Shown here piece after piece: positions 49,230-58,926 of a stretch of 64,000 nt of DNA. A model generated the notes under the pieces. The model ran no database searches and was not told where the DNA came from. It saw only the letters and a list, made by a program, of their open reading frames with translations. How positions within the stretch are numbered: the stretch's first letter is position 1; each line of letters starts with the position of its first letter. The translations under genes were made by a program, and so were the position numbers. Origin of the DNA: an uncultured Gemmatimonadales bacterium (lineage in GTDB: Bacteria > Gemmatimonadota > Gemmatimonadetes > Gemmatimonadales > GWC2-71-9); the NCBI GenBank assembly GCA_963779755.1, contig CAVZZO010000001.1:640001-704000 (forward strand), given 5' to 3'.

Positions 49230-49799
49230 CTATTGAGAGCGACATTGGAGGCCCTCGCCCGTCAGCGCTCGGAGGACCTTCAGCATGCGCTGATCATCAC
49301 GCGAGCAAAAGACCTCGGGATTGTCCGCTCCGGCCGCACCACTTGCTCCGTCGAATCGCCATTCTAGAAGGAAGGAGCGGCCATCATCCACTAGGAAGAT
49401 GGAAGGTTCCTGCGGCGCGGGCGGTAGCTCGCGTAAGCCTGCGCGCTGTGCCGCAGCAATTCGACTCTCCCAGTTGGCCGAGTCGGGCAATGCCTGATGG
49501 AACGGTACGTGCGCTGTATTCGTTGCGTACTCCTCGGCATGCCAACGCCGTCCCTCCAGCAGGAACCGGTACAGGCGGATGCCAGTGAGGCCGAAGCCAT
49601 CCCACAGGCGAATCTCCGCGTCTACACCAGGGCGCGAATCCGCAATACTGGGTAGAGCTAGGTTGCGAGCGAGTTCTGTGGCATACGGCGAGAGTTCCGC
49701 AGCCCCTGCCCGCGTCGAGCGCGGACTCGGTTGCTGCCCAGCGGCGACCGCGGTTGGCAGCGCCAGGAGCCCGAATATGAAACTCAGTCGGATCGCCAT
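49230..49799 (-). CDS. Secreted hypothetical cassette protein
   Basis: Signal peptide; starts 9 bp after the attC R' box. Confidence 0.8.
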   Translation of the reverse strand: MAIRLSFIFGLLALPTAVAAGQQPSPRSTRAGAAELSPYATELARNLALPSIADSRPGVDAEIRLWDGFGLTGIRLYRFLLEGRRWHAEEYATNTAHVPFHQALPDSANWESRIAAAQRAGLRELPPAPQEPSIFLVDDGRSFLLEWRFDGASGAAGADNPEVFCSRDDQRMLKVLRALTGEGLQCRSQ

Positions 49800-49807
49800 A
49801 TCAGTCC

Positions 49808-49949
49808 GCCTAACGGTCTGCGTTTCAGCGGCGGCGCGATGCCCCGCTCCCTCATAATCCTACGCTTCCTTACCGCGACCGCTAGATGTCCGAGCAATGC
49901 ACCAGCGGCCTGCAGCACCGTGCCCGGCCGCTGCAAACGCTTGTTAGCT
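49808..49949 (-). other. attC site (142 bp)
   Basis: GCCTAAC..GTTAGCT with CGTTTCAGCGGC / GCCGCTGCAAACG arms. Confidence 0.92.
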
Positions 49950-50723
49950 GCCGGCCGCAATGACATTCTCGGTTGCGATGACGCTGCCGGCAGGTGCGGA
50001 GTCCCCACCCCGGGAGGCCCGGCCGCCCCCTCGGAGCTCCGGCGGGGCGGAAGATCGCTGGACGCTTGTCCACCGGGAACGACGCTGACCCTGCCCCGAC
50101 CGCCCCGCGGGGAGGGGCCCCGGGCGGCATGGCGGAGCCTGCCAGACGACCCGCGCAAGGAGGCCGGTGCCGCCTCACCTCCGCCAACCAGCTGAGGAAC
50201 TCCGGCGGCACCACCAGGAGCCCACCAAAAGATCAGCACTGGGAGGCCCGGCTGGCGCGTGCAGCTAACGGTCTGCGTTTCAGCGGCGGCGCGATGCCCC
50301 GCTCCCTCATAATCCTACGCTTCCTTACCGCGACCGCTAGATGTCCGAGCAATGCACCAGCGGCCTGCAGCACCGTGCCCGGCCGCTGCAAACGCTTGTT
50401 AGCTGCCGGCCGCAATGACATTCTCGGTTGCGATGACGCTGCCGGCAGGTGCGGAGTCCCCACCCCGGGAGGCCCGGCCGCCCCCTCGGAGCTCCGGCGG
50501 GGCGGAAGATCGCTGGACGCTTGTCCACCGGGAACGACGCTGACCCTGCCCCGACCGCCCCGCGGGGAGGGGCCCCGGGCGGCATGGCGGAGCCTGCCAG
50601 ACGACCCGCGCAAGGAGGCCGGTGCCGCCTCACCTCCGCCAACCAGCTGAGGAACTCCGGCGGCACCACCAGGAGCCCACCAAAAGATCAGCACTGGGAG
50701 GCCCGGCTGGCGCGTGCAGCTAA
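49814..50723 (-). repeat. Two identical tandem 455-bp ORF-less cassettes (array positions 1 and 2)
   Basis: Exact 455-bp period bounded by GTT core sites. Confidence 0.92.
50263..50404 (-). other. attC site (142 bp)
   Basis: AGCTAAC..GTTAGCT, internally identical to 49808-49949. Confidence 0.92.
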
Positions 50724-50804
50724 CAAATATTGGACCTGCGTACCTCCCATTGAACTCCCGACCAACCAGAAATTCATCTTACGGTCCGCAGTCTAATTCC
50801 ACAA
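50718..50804 (-). promoter_or_regulatory. attI site and Pc-like promoter downstream of intI
   Basis: GTTAGCT core without an attC partner arm; TTGTGG-17-TAAGAT at 50804-50776. Confidence 0.85.
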
Positions 50805-50806
50805 CA

Positions 50807-51784
50807 TCACCCCGTCTGGCCCAGCAGGTCCGCGGGACTCCGTACCCCCAGGCCGCCCCGGTTCAGGACATGGGTGTAGATCATCGTGGTCGAGACATCC
50901 CGGTGGCCCAGGAGCTCCTGTACGGTCCGGATGTCGTAGCCCGCCTCCAGCAGATGCGTGGCAAAGCTGTGCCGCAGGGTGTGACAGGTCGCCCGTTTGC
51001 CGATACCGCTGGCCCGCACCGCCTCCGCCATGGCCCGCTGCACTGCGGTCTCGTGGTAGTGATGCCGGCGCAGCTGCCCCGAGGCCGCGTGACGATGCCG
51101 CCGCCGAGCCGGAAAAACCCACTGCCAGGGCCAGGAGCATCCCGCTCGCGGATACTTCCGCTCCAGGCCATCGGGGAGCTCGACCCAGCCCGCCCCCTCA
51201 GCCAGATCCCGCCGGTGCCGCTCCCGCACCCGCTCCAGGTGGAGATGCAACGGCTGACGCACCGACTGCGCCAGGACGGTGACCCGATCCTTGGCGCCTT
51301 TGCCTCGGCGCAGCCGTATCTCCCCCCGTTCCAGGTCCAGATCCTTGACCCGCAAGGTGAGGCACTCAAGCAGCCGCAGGCCACTGCCATAGAGCAGGGC
51401 GGCTACCAGCGCCGAGACGCCACGCAGGTGTGCCAGTACGCTCCGGACTTCTCCCGGCGTCAGCACGACCGGCAGGCGCACCGGAGCCTTCGGCCGGGGA
51501 ATGCTCCCCATGTCCACCAATGGCCGCTCCAGGACCTCGGAGAAAAGGAACGAGAGGGCCGCCTGCGCCTGCGCCTGAGTTGAGGCGGAAACGTGCCGCT
51601 CGATGCGCAGATCGGCCAGGAATTGGAGTACTTCTTCCCGCCCCAGTTCCGCCGGAGGACGGAGGCCGTGAAACCGCACAAACCGCCGAACCCAGCCCAC
51701 GTAGGCCTCCTCGGTCCGCGGGCTGAAGTGCCGTAGCCGCAGGTTGAGCCGCAGGGCCTGCAGCAGTTTCGGTTTGGACTGCAT
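50807..51784 (-). CDS. intI: Integron integrase
   Basis: [13 protein letters not shown], integron-specific insert [43 protein letters not shown]. Confidence 0.97.
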   Translation of the reverse strand: MQSKPKLLQALRLNLRLRHFSPRTEEAYVGWVRRFVRFHGLRPPAELGREEVLQFLADLRIERHVSASTQAQAQAALSFLFSEVLERPLVDMGSIPRPKAPVRLPVVLTPGEVRSVLAHLRGVSALVAALLYGSGLRLLECLTLRVKDLDLERGEIRLRRGKGAKDRVTVLAQSVRQPLHLHLERVRERHRRDLAEGAGWVELPDGLERKYPRAGCSWPWQWVFPARRRHRHAASGQLRRHHYHETAVQRAMAEAVRASGIGKRATCHTLRHSFATHLLEAGYDIRTVQELLGHRDVSTTMIYTHVLNRGGLGVRSPADLLGQTG

Positions 51785-51884
51785 GAGAGTATCCCCGCGG
51801 AAATCCACAAGCTTGATCCGCGACGCCTTTCCACCCGTACCCCGCCAATGCCGAGAGGACCGAAAACGCCCGCGAACTCCTCCC

Positions 51885-51918
51885 TTGTGTATCGAACAGT
51901 TGTTTTATACGTTTGTTC
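51885..51918. promoter_or_regulatory. Two tandem imperfect palindromes in the divergent intI/hlyD promoter region
   Basis: GAAC-AGTT-GTTT and ATAC-GTTT-GTTC overlapping TTGTGT-17-TACGTT. Confidence 0.5.
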
Positions 51919-51943
51919 TCCACGCCCCCGGGAGCTCCGACCA

Positions 51944-52891
51944 ATGGCCCGTAAGTTCGTCATCACGCTCCTCGTCCTCGGGGCCGCCCTTACCGCCCTC
52001 GTCTTTTTCCGAAGGCATCCCACCCCCCTCACCCTCACCGGCACCGTCACCACCAACGACGTCCTGGTCAGCCCCCAGGTCACCGGCCGGCTCGATAGCC
52101 TGCTCGTGGCCGAGGGCGACTCGGTGGCGTCCGGTCAACTAATAGCGCTCCTGAGCCCCGAGGAGCTCCGCGGCCGACCGGACCTTCTATACCCACAGCG
52201 CCGAGGCGCTCGGCTCCCAGGTCCAGGCCAGCTCGGCCAACCTGGCCGCCGCCATGGCCCAGGACAGCGAGGCCGCCGCCACCCTGGCCGATGCCCAGCG
52301 CACCTACCAGCGCGACTCGGCGCTGACCGACGCGACGGTGCTGAGCCAGGCGGACCTGGACCGGGCCCGGACGTCGTACCAGGTGGCCCAGGCCCGCGCC
52401 GCCGCGGCGAAGAAGCAGGTGGCCGCCGCCCAGAGCTCCCTCGCCATGGCCCGGCAGCAGCAGGACGCGGCCTCGGCCCAGGCGACGAAGGCGGGGGTGC
52501 GGCTGGGATATACCGAGGTGCGGGCGCCGGGAGCGGGGATTGTGGATGTGCTCGCCGCCCGGCAGGGGGAGATCGTGGGCCCCGGCCAGCCGATCCTGAC
52601 GCTGATCAACCCGGACGATCTCTGGATCCGGGCCGACGTGGAGGAGAGCTACATCGACCGGATCCGCCTGGGCGACACGCTTGACCGTGCGGCTCCCCTC
52701 CGGCGCCGAGCGCCGCGGGGTGGTGTTCTACCGCTCGGCGGACGCGGACTTCGCCACGCAGCGCGACGTCTCCCGCACCAAGCGCGACATCAAGACGTTC
52801 GAGATCCGGCTCCGGGTGCCCAACCAGGACCGCCGGCTGGCGGTGGGGATGACGGCCTACGTGCTGCTGCCGGCTGCCGAAGACCTCATGA
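51944..52891 (+). CDS. HlyD-family membrane fusion protein (frameshifted)
   Basis: VSPQVTGRL..EGDSV; YTEVRAP; ADFATQRDV..FEIRL spread over three frames. Confidence 0.85.
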
Positions 52892-53882
52892 GCGCCATAG
52901 ACGTCCAGAGCATCACCCGGAAGTTCGGCGACTTCACCGCGGTGGACGCGCATCTCCTTCGAGGTGGAGGAGGGCGAGATCTTCGGCCTCCTGGGCCCCA
53001 ACGGGGCGGGGAAGAGCACGCTGATCCGCATGCTCACCACCCTGCTCAAGCCCACCGCCGGCACCGCGGTGGTGGGCGGGTACGACGTGGTGCGCGAGGC
53101 CGACAAGGTGCGGCGGGTGATCGGGGTGATCCCCCAGGCGCTCACCAGCGATCTCGACCTGTCGGTGGAAGAGAACCTGCTCATCTTCGCCAAGCTCTAC
53201 GGCGTGCCGCGCTCGACGCGGAAGGACCTGATCGCCCGGCTGCTGGAGGCGGTGGAGCTGTCGAAATGGGCCGACAAGCCGGTGAAGAACCTCTCCGGCG
53301 GCATGCGGCGCCGGGTGGAGATCGCCCGCGGGCTGGTGCACCAGCCGCGCATCCTCTTCCTGGACGAGCCCACCACCGGGCTGGACCCGGTCTCCCGCAC
53401 CGCCGTCTGGGAGATGCTGCGCGAAGATCAAGGCGGAGCACGACCTCACGGTGCTGCTCACCACCCACTACATGGACGAGGCCGACCGGCTGTGCGACCG
53501 GGTGGCCATCGTGGACCACGGGCAGCTGCTGGCGCTGGACTCGCCCATCCACCTGAAGGCGGCGATCCCGGGCGAGAACACGCTGGACGTGAGCTTCGAG
53601 CAGCCGCCCGCCGGCTGGGCCGAGCGACTGCGGAGCCTGCCCGGGGTGGAGAGCGTGGACGGGGAGGGAGCGGTCTACCGCATCCTTTCCGGCAACGGCC
53701 CCGCCACCACCACGGCTCTCCTGGGCCTGGCCGCCGGGCAGGGCGTCGCCATCCGGTCGCTGGGCGTGCAGAGCACCACGCTGGACGATGTGTTCGTGCA
53801 CTACACCGGTCACGAGCTGCGGGACGAGCTGGTGGAGGCCTCGGCGCTGGACCGGAGCGTCATCGCCTCGCGGAGGCGCTGA
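52888..53882 (+). CDS. ABC transporter ATP-binding protein (frameshifted)
   Basis: GPNGAGKS, LSGGM, FLDEPT, TTHYM. Confidence 0.9.
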
Positions 53883-53885
53883 GCC

Positions 53886-55016
53886 ATGGAGCGGATGTGG
53901 GCCATCGTGGAGCGGGACATGCGGCGCTTCCGCCGCAGCCCGATGCTGATCTTCGTCTCGCTCATCTTCCCCATCGTGCAGCTGGTGGTGCTGGGCTACG
54001 CCTTCGGCGGACAGGTGAAGCACCTGAAGCTGGGCGCTGGTGGACCAGGACGGCCACGTCCCCGCCGTCCAGCTCCAGGCCCTGGGGAACGCCATCACCG
54101 CCAACGCCAGGACCTTCTCTTTCATTAGATACGACGACCAGGGCCGGGCCCTCACCGCCCTGCGCAACGGCCAGCTCAACGGCGTCCTGACCATCCCGCC
54201 CGGCTTCTCGCGCCGAGTGCTGGCGGGCGAGTCGCCCAGAGTGGCGCTGATCGAAGACAACACCGACAACTTCGTCGCCTCCGCCCTGGCCAACAGCGTG
54301 AACGGCATGGTCCGCGCCTACGGAGACCCGCTCCCGTCTTCCTCCCGTCCAGTCTCCCGTCTTTCTTCCCGTCCTTCTCTCGACATCGTCGAGCTCTACC
54401 CCTACGTCCCCTACATCCAGTACCTGCTGCCGGGCAGTATCGTCATGTCCATCTTCATGATGGTGATGATCGGCGGCGGGATCATCTTCATCGACGACAA
54501 GGCGCGGGGGCTGCACGAGGGCTACCTGGTCACCCCCATCACCCGGTTCGAGCTGATCCTGGGGTTCAACGTGGCCGGTGCCGCCAAGGCGATCATGGCC
54601 GGCACGGTGCTGATGCTGGTGGGCTCGGTGATCGCCGGGATCCCCAACCCCTGGGATCCGCTCCGGCTGCTGCGGCTCCTGGTGGTGGTGGCGGCGGCGT
54701 CGGTGGCGCTGGTGAGCATGATGTTCCTCTTCATGGTGCGGATGAGCGATCCGCTGCTGCCCCGGGCGCTCTTCGGCGTGCTCAACACGCTGCTCTTCTT
54801 CCCCAGCGGCGCGGTCTATCCCCAGCAGGCCTTCCCCGGCTGGATGCGGGTGATCGCCAAGGTGGATCCCGTTCACCTACGCGGTGCACGCGCTGAAGAG
54901 CCTGCTGCTCAAGAACACCGGCTTCAGCGCCATCTGGCTCGACCTGGCCTATCTGGCGCGCCTTCGCCGCGGTGACCATGACGGCGGCGACGCTCCTGTT
55001 CCGGAGAGAGCTGTGA
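53886..55016 (+). CDS. ABC-2 type permease (frameshifted)
   Basis: GYAFGG, YLLPG, GYLVTP, FPSGAVYP. Confidence 0.88.
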
Positions 55017-55693
55017 TGGACGGCGGTAAGGGCGGTAAGGGCGGTAGCGGCGGTAAAGGGAGCCGGCCCAGGCATGACGAGGCCACGCGCGATCGGCCTG
55101 ATGGCCGCGGCGCCGGCGGCTCTTCGCGCGAGCGGGGCTACCACGGTGTCGTGGTGCGCGACCTCTGCGACGCGGCCGGCGCCAACCTGGCGGCGGTGAA
55201 CTACTACTTCGGCGGGAAGCTGGGGCTCTACCGGGCGGTGCTGGAGGAGGTGCTGGGGAAGATCCGGGATTTCCCCATCCTCAGGGCGCCGCCGGGGAGC
55301 AGCGCGGAGGAGCGGATCCGGCACTACGTGCTGAACTACGTGCCCAGGCTGGCCAATCCCGAGGGCCCCGGCGTCATGATTCAGCGGATCATGAGCCACG
55401 AGATGCAGGAGCCGACCGAGCTGGCGCCGTGGATCGCGCAGGAGGTGATCCTGCCGCGGGCGCGGTACCTGGCCGAGGCGGTATCAGAGCTCATGGGTTG
55501 CGCGCTCGATGATCCCCGGGTGGGGCGGTGCGTGATCAGTCTCCAGGCGCAGTGTCATTTCTATCTGCCCAGCCGGTTCCGGGCGCGGGCGATGCCGGAG
55601 GCAGACCGGTACCTCAAGGAGTCGCTGCCCGAGGCGGCGGAGCATATCGTGGAGTTCACGCTGGCGGGCATCCGGCGGATCGCCGGATTGTAG
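55016..55693 (+). CDS. TetR/CerR-like regulator (probable compensating frameshifts in the N-terminus)
   Basis: VRDLCDAAGANLAAVNYYFGGKLGLY; FTLAGI. Confidence 0.85.
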   Translation: MDGGKGGKGGSGGKGSRPRHDEATRDRPDGRGAGGSSRERGYHGVVVRDLCDAAGANLAAVNYYFGGKLGLYRAVLEEVLGKIRDFPILRAPPGSSAEERIRHYVLNYVPRLANPEGPGVMIQRIMSHEMQEPTELAPWIAQEVILPRARYLAEAVSELMGCALDDPRVGRCVISLQAQCHFYLPSRFRARAMPEADRYLKESLPEAAEHIVEFTLAGIRRIAGL

Positions 55694-55713
55694 CGTTACC
55701 TCTCCCCCGCGCT

Positions 55714-56265
55714 GTCATTGCGAGCCGCAGAGCGGCGAAGCAATCTCCGGAACAGCTATCCGCAGATTACGCAGATTACGCAGATTTGTCTCCCTGCCAG
55801 GAGCAGCTCCGCGGAGCGTTGCCGTCTATCCCCCAACAAAAGAAGACTGAATTCTTTTTGGGTGCATGGGCGGGCCTCAGCGGAACGCGGCAGGTCCCCA
55901 GGAAATCATCTGCGTAATCTGCGTAATCTGCGGTTCCACTACTGGGAAGCGTCCGGGGGCACGGACGCCCGGCGTAGCCCCAGCGGGTTGTTTCGCCCGC
56001 TAGGAACTGCTCACCGCGAAGGGCGCGATGGGGGGAGCATGGGCGGGCCTCAGCGGAACGCGGCAGGTCCCCAGGAAATCATCTGCGTAATCTGCGTAAT
56101 CTGCGGTTCCACTACTGGGAAGCGTCCGGGGGCACGGACTCCTGGCATAGCCCCGGGGGATTGCTTCGGCGGCTGCGGCGCCTCGCAATGACGGCGGGAG
56201 TGAGGCTGGGCGACCCTCAGAGGCGAGCGGCAGGTCACCGCATGATCATCTGCGTAATCCGTGGA
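55714..56265. repeat. Nested palindromic composite: GTCATTGCGAG..CTCGCAATGAC enclosing CGCAGATTA 9-mer arrays
   Basis: Outer arms at 55714 and 56192; 9-mer runs at 55761, 55907, 56080 and 56247. Confidence 0.85.
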
Positions 56266-56338
56266 GCCTGCGGCTGCTCGGAGCGGGCGGACGCCGGCTG
56301 CGCGTCCGCCCCTGACCGCCTTCCCGCCGCTACCCCGC

Positions 56339-57157
56339 TCAGGGGGTAGCGTGCGGTTCCCCCGAGATGAAGTCGTCCATGGCCACCAGGTCGGCATCGC
56401 CGCCGGCGCTGATATCCGCGTTGCGGCCGGTGATGGCCGACCGGCCCGACTGGATCCGGACACTGGCCACGATCGGCGCATTGAAGCTGACGCCGACAAA
56501 GGAGAAGCCGGCCCGGTCGGAGCGCACCGGCGCACTGACCCGGGCGAGCAGCTCGCCCCTCGCGTTGAAGAACGCGAGACCGGCGCCGGCCTCCACGTCC
56601 ACATCGGAGAAGACAACCCCGAAGCCGTTCACCCGGGCGGGCGTGCCTGCTCCGGCGACGACGAACCGTACCGTCATCGTCTGCCGGCCCACCGGAATGA
56701 AGATCTTGGGCGGGCTGAAGGCGGCGAATTCAGCGCCGTACGCGGGATTGAGGTCGCTGAGGGCGTTGTCGCTCACCCGGAAGCCGCTGCCTTCGGTGCT
56801 GAAGAGCTGGCCCCGCGGGACCACCCGGTTGAAGAAATCCCCCGGGAAGGTATCCACGTTGACCAGCGCCGCGGCGACGCCGTCCCAGTTGATCTCCCGC
56901 CGGCCGGAGGCCTGCTCGCCCGGCAGCAGATTGACGCCGCCGCCCAGCACGGCGCGGAACGCCGCCAGTGCCTCGGTCAGATCGCCGCTCGCGGCGAACA
57001 CCTGGCGGCCCGACGCCGCCGACTGGGACACTCCTCCCGTGTCGTTCCCGTACCCCGGCCCCGTGGTATCGGTGGGGTGGTCGTAGCCGCACGCCCCGGC
57101 CGCGAGCAGGAGCAGAACCATCCTTGCGGCGCTGCCGCCGCGAAACATACCGGTCAT
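56339..57157 (-). CDS. Hypothetical lipoprotein
   Basis: Lipobox AGAC; GRREINWDGV, GFGVVFSDVD, MDDFISGEP. Confidence 0.8.
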   Translation of the reverse strand: MTGMFRGGSAARMVLLLLAAGACGYDHPTDTTGPGYGNDTGGVSQSAASGRQVFAASGDLTEALAAFRAVLGGGVNLLPGEQASGRREINWDGVAAALVNVDTFPGDFFNRVVPRGQLFSTEGSGFRVSDNALSDLNPAYGAEFAAFSPPKIFIPVGRQTMTVRFVVAGAGTPARVNGFGVVFSDVDVEAGAGLAFFNARGELLARVSAPVRSDRAGFSFVGVSFNAPIVASVRIQSGRSAITGRNADISAGGDADLVAMDDFISGEPHATP

Positions 57158-57462
57158 GACTTGCCTCCCTGATGAATCGGGCTTCCGTGAGCCCATTGGT
57201 GAAGCGCGGTCACGCCGGCTCCTGCCGTGGGTTCGAGGTGGCGGCGGTCGTTCTGGCGATCGTCGAATCACCCTCGTGGCGCGCGGCACTAGTCTCGCTA
57301 CCAAGTGCGATGCGGCCAATGATCTGTCGTCCCCATTTCCTGCCCCGGCGTATCGATTCCGGTAACGCCGGATATTTTCCTCCGGTCCACATGACAAACG
57401 CCGGCGTTTCTTCCGCGGAAGAACCGGCTGCACACCCGAGACGCCGTCTGGTCCATGTTCTC

Positions 57463-58074
57463 TCAGGGATCATCGCGGCAAGTGTCCGCGGCTTCCGCCC
57501 CCGGCACGAAGATCACGTCAACATGCACCACGATGTGCTCGTTCATCTTGAACATGCCGAGCAGCTTCGACAGGCCGCGAACACCATGGTCCTTCACGTT
57601 GACCGGGAAATCGGTGCGGACCTCGATCGAGTCGCTCCGCCAGGCCAGCCGGGCGGGCAGGGTATCGAGCCGGGTGACGCCGTGCAGTGTCAGGTCTCCG
57701 ATCAGATTCACCCGGGTCGAATCCGCCACGTCGTCCGCCGGGACGACCTCCCGCAGGCGAAACCGCAGGGTGGGGAATCGTTCCGTCTCCATGGATTTGT
57801 TGAGATCCCGGTCGCGGTGCCCGTTGCCGGTGACCAGCGTGCCGGCCGGGGCCTGAACGCAGCCCCGCACCTCGCCCAGGGCCGAGCCGCCCGTCATGCC
57901 GCCTGCAACCGACGTGGTGGCGCCGGTGAAGTCTCCGGCCGTGGCGTGCGCGTCGAAGCTGAGCCTGCCCGTCGCGATGTGGGAGGGCGGGATGATGCCG
58001 GCCTGCGCGGCCAGGCTCGCGACCGGCAGGGCCGCGGCGAGAAGCAGGATCCGAAGAGTGCGGCGCATGATCAT
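57463..58074 (-). CDS. YceI-family protein
   Basis: TGNGHRDRDL..FP..GDLTLHGVT. Confidence 0.88.
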   Translation of the reverse strand: MIMRRTLRILLLAAALPVASLAAQAGIIPPSHIATGRLSFDAHATAGDFTGATTSVAGGMTGGSALGEVRGCVQAPAGTLVTGNGHRDRDLNKSMETERFPTLRFRLREVVPADDVADSTRVNLIGDLTLHGVTRLDTLPARLAWRSDSIEVRTDFPVNVKDHGVRGLSKLLGMFKMNEHIVVHVDVIFVPGAEAADTCRDDP

Positions 58075-58926
58075 TGTCTCCAGGTGGTCCGGACGACCAT
58101 GCGTCCGGTAACGGCATCGGCCGGTGCGGCGTGGGCCTCGGCGGTGAGGCCGATCGCGCTGCTCAGGCGCAGGGTGGCGCCCGCGGTGAGGGTGAGCCGG
58201 TCCAGATCCACCTCCACTCGGCGCCGGTCGGTTTCGTTGAAGCGGTTAGTGAAGTTGACCCGGAACCGGGGCGCCAGGTGGCTGTAGCCGGCGCCGCCGT
58301 AGAGCGTCAGCCCTCCGTTCCCGGTTTCCCGCGCCGCCAGCACCTCGAGGGCGAAGATGTTGGGCCGGTAGCTGTCATCCGAGACCGTTCCGTTTAAGCA
58401 TTCGCTGGCAGGGTCGCGCAGCGCGCCGGAGTCACAGGTGATGGGCGCGTGAATCACGCCCAGCGTTGCCTCCGCCCGGAAGGCCAGCCGGAAGGCCCCG
58501 GCAGGCACGATCCGGGCGAGCGCGAGACCGACGAGATTGGCGCTGGCGCCGCGCACCCGGATGGGCGGCACCCAGCCGAGCTCGACCAGGAAGCGCGCCG
58601 GGAGCCCGACACTGATCCTCGGCCGCAGGAAACCGGGCAGGAGATTGACGTTCTCGGGTCCTTTACCCGGGCGGCAGACGGTGGGGGTGGCGGTGGCGCC
58701 ATCCACCCGCGAGAGGTAGGTCGCTTCCAGTCCGGCGCGAATCGACCACCGGCGCGATTCCGCCGGGACCCCGGCGGCGGTGAAGGCGAGCGGCACTGAG
58801 AGGATGCCGAAGACCCGTCGCCTCGTTCGAGCTCGCGCCCGGGAAGCAGTCGCCCTGGGCCAGGAGCGGAGCCGCCAGGGCTCCGCTCAGGACCAGGCAG
58901 GCGTACCACGCATGCCGGATCATCAC
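58071..58926 (-). CDS. Secreted or outer-membrane hypothetical protein (frameshift near 58815)
   Basis: Signal peptide in 58663-58926 joins the 58071-58796 ORF. Confidence 0.65.

Noticed and set aside
49784..50694. 151-153 aa ORFs in the duplicated cassettes as real proteins
   Set aside because: No RBS, low-complexity G/P/R/A composition, they cross attC sites, and differences from the 47.7 kb copy are mostly non-synonymous. Not fully excluded.
50714..51583. 289-aa plus-strand ORF
   Set aside because: Antisense shadow of intI.
51884..51900. Proteobacterial LexA box CTGT-N8-ACAG
   Set aside because: CTGTTCGATACACAAG does not give the required second half-site at the right spacing.
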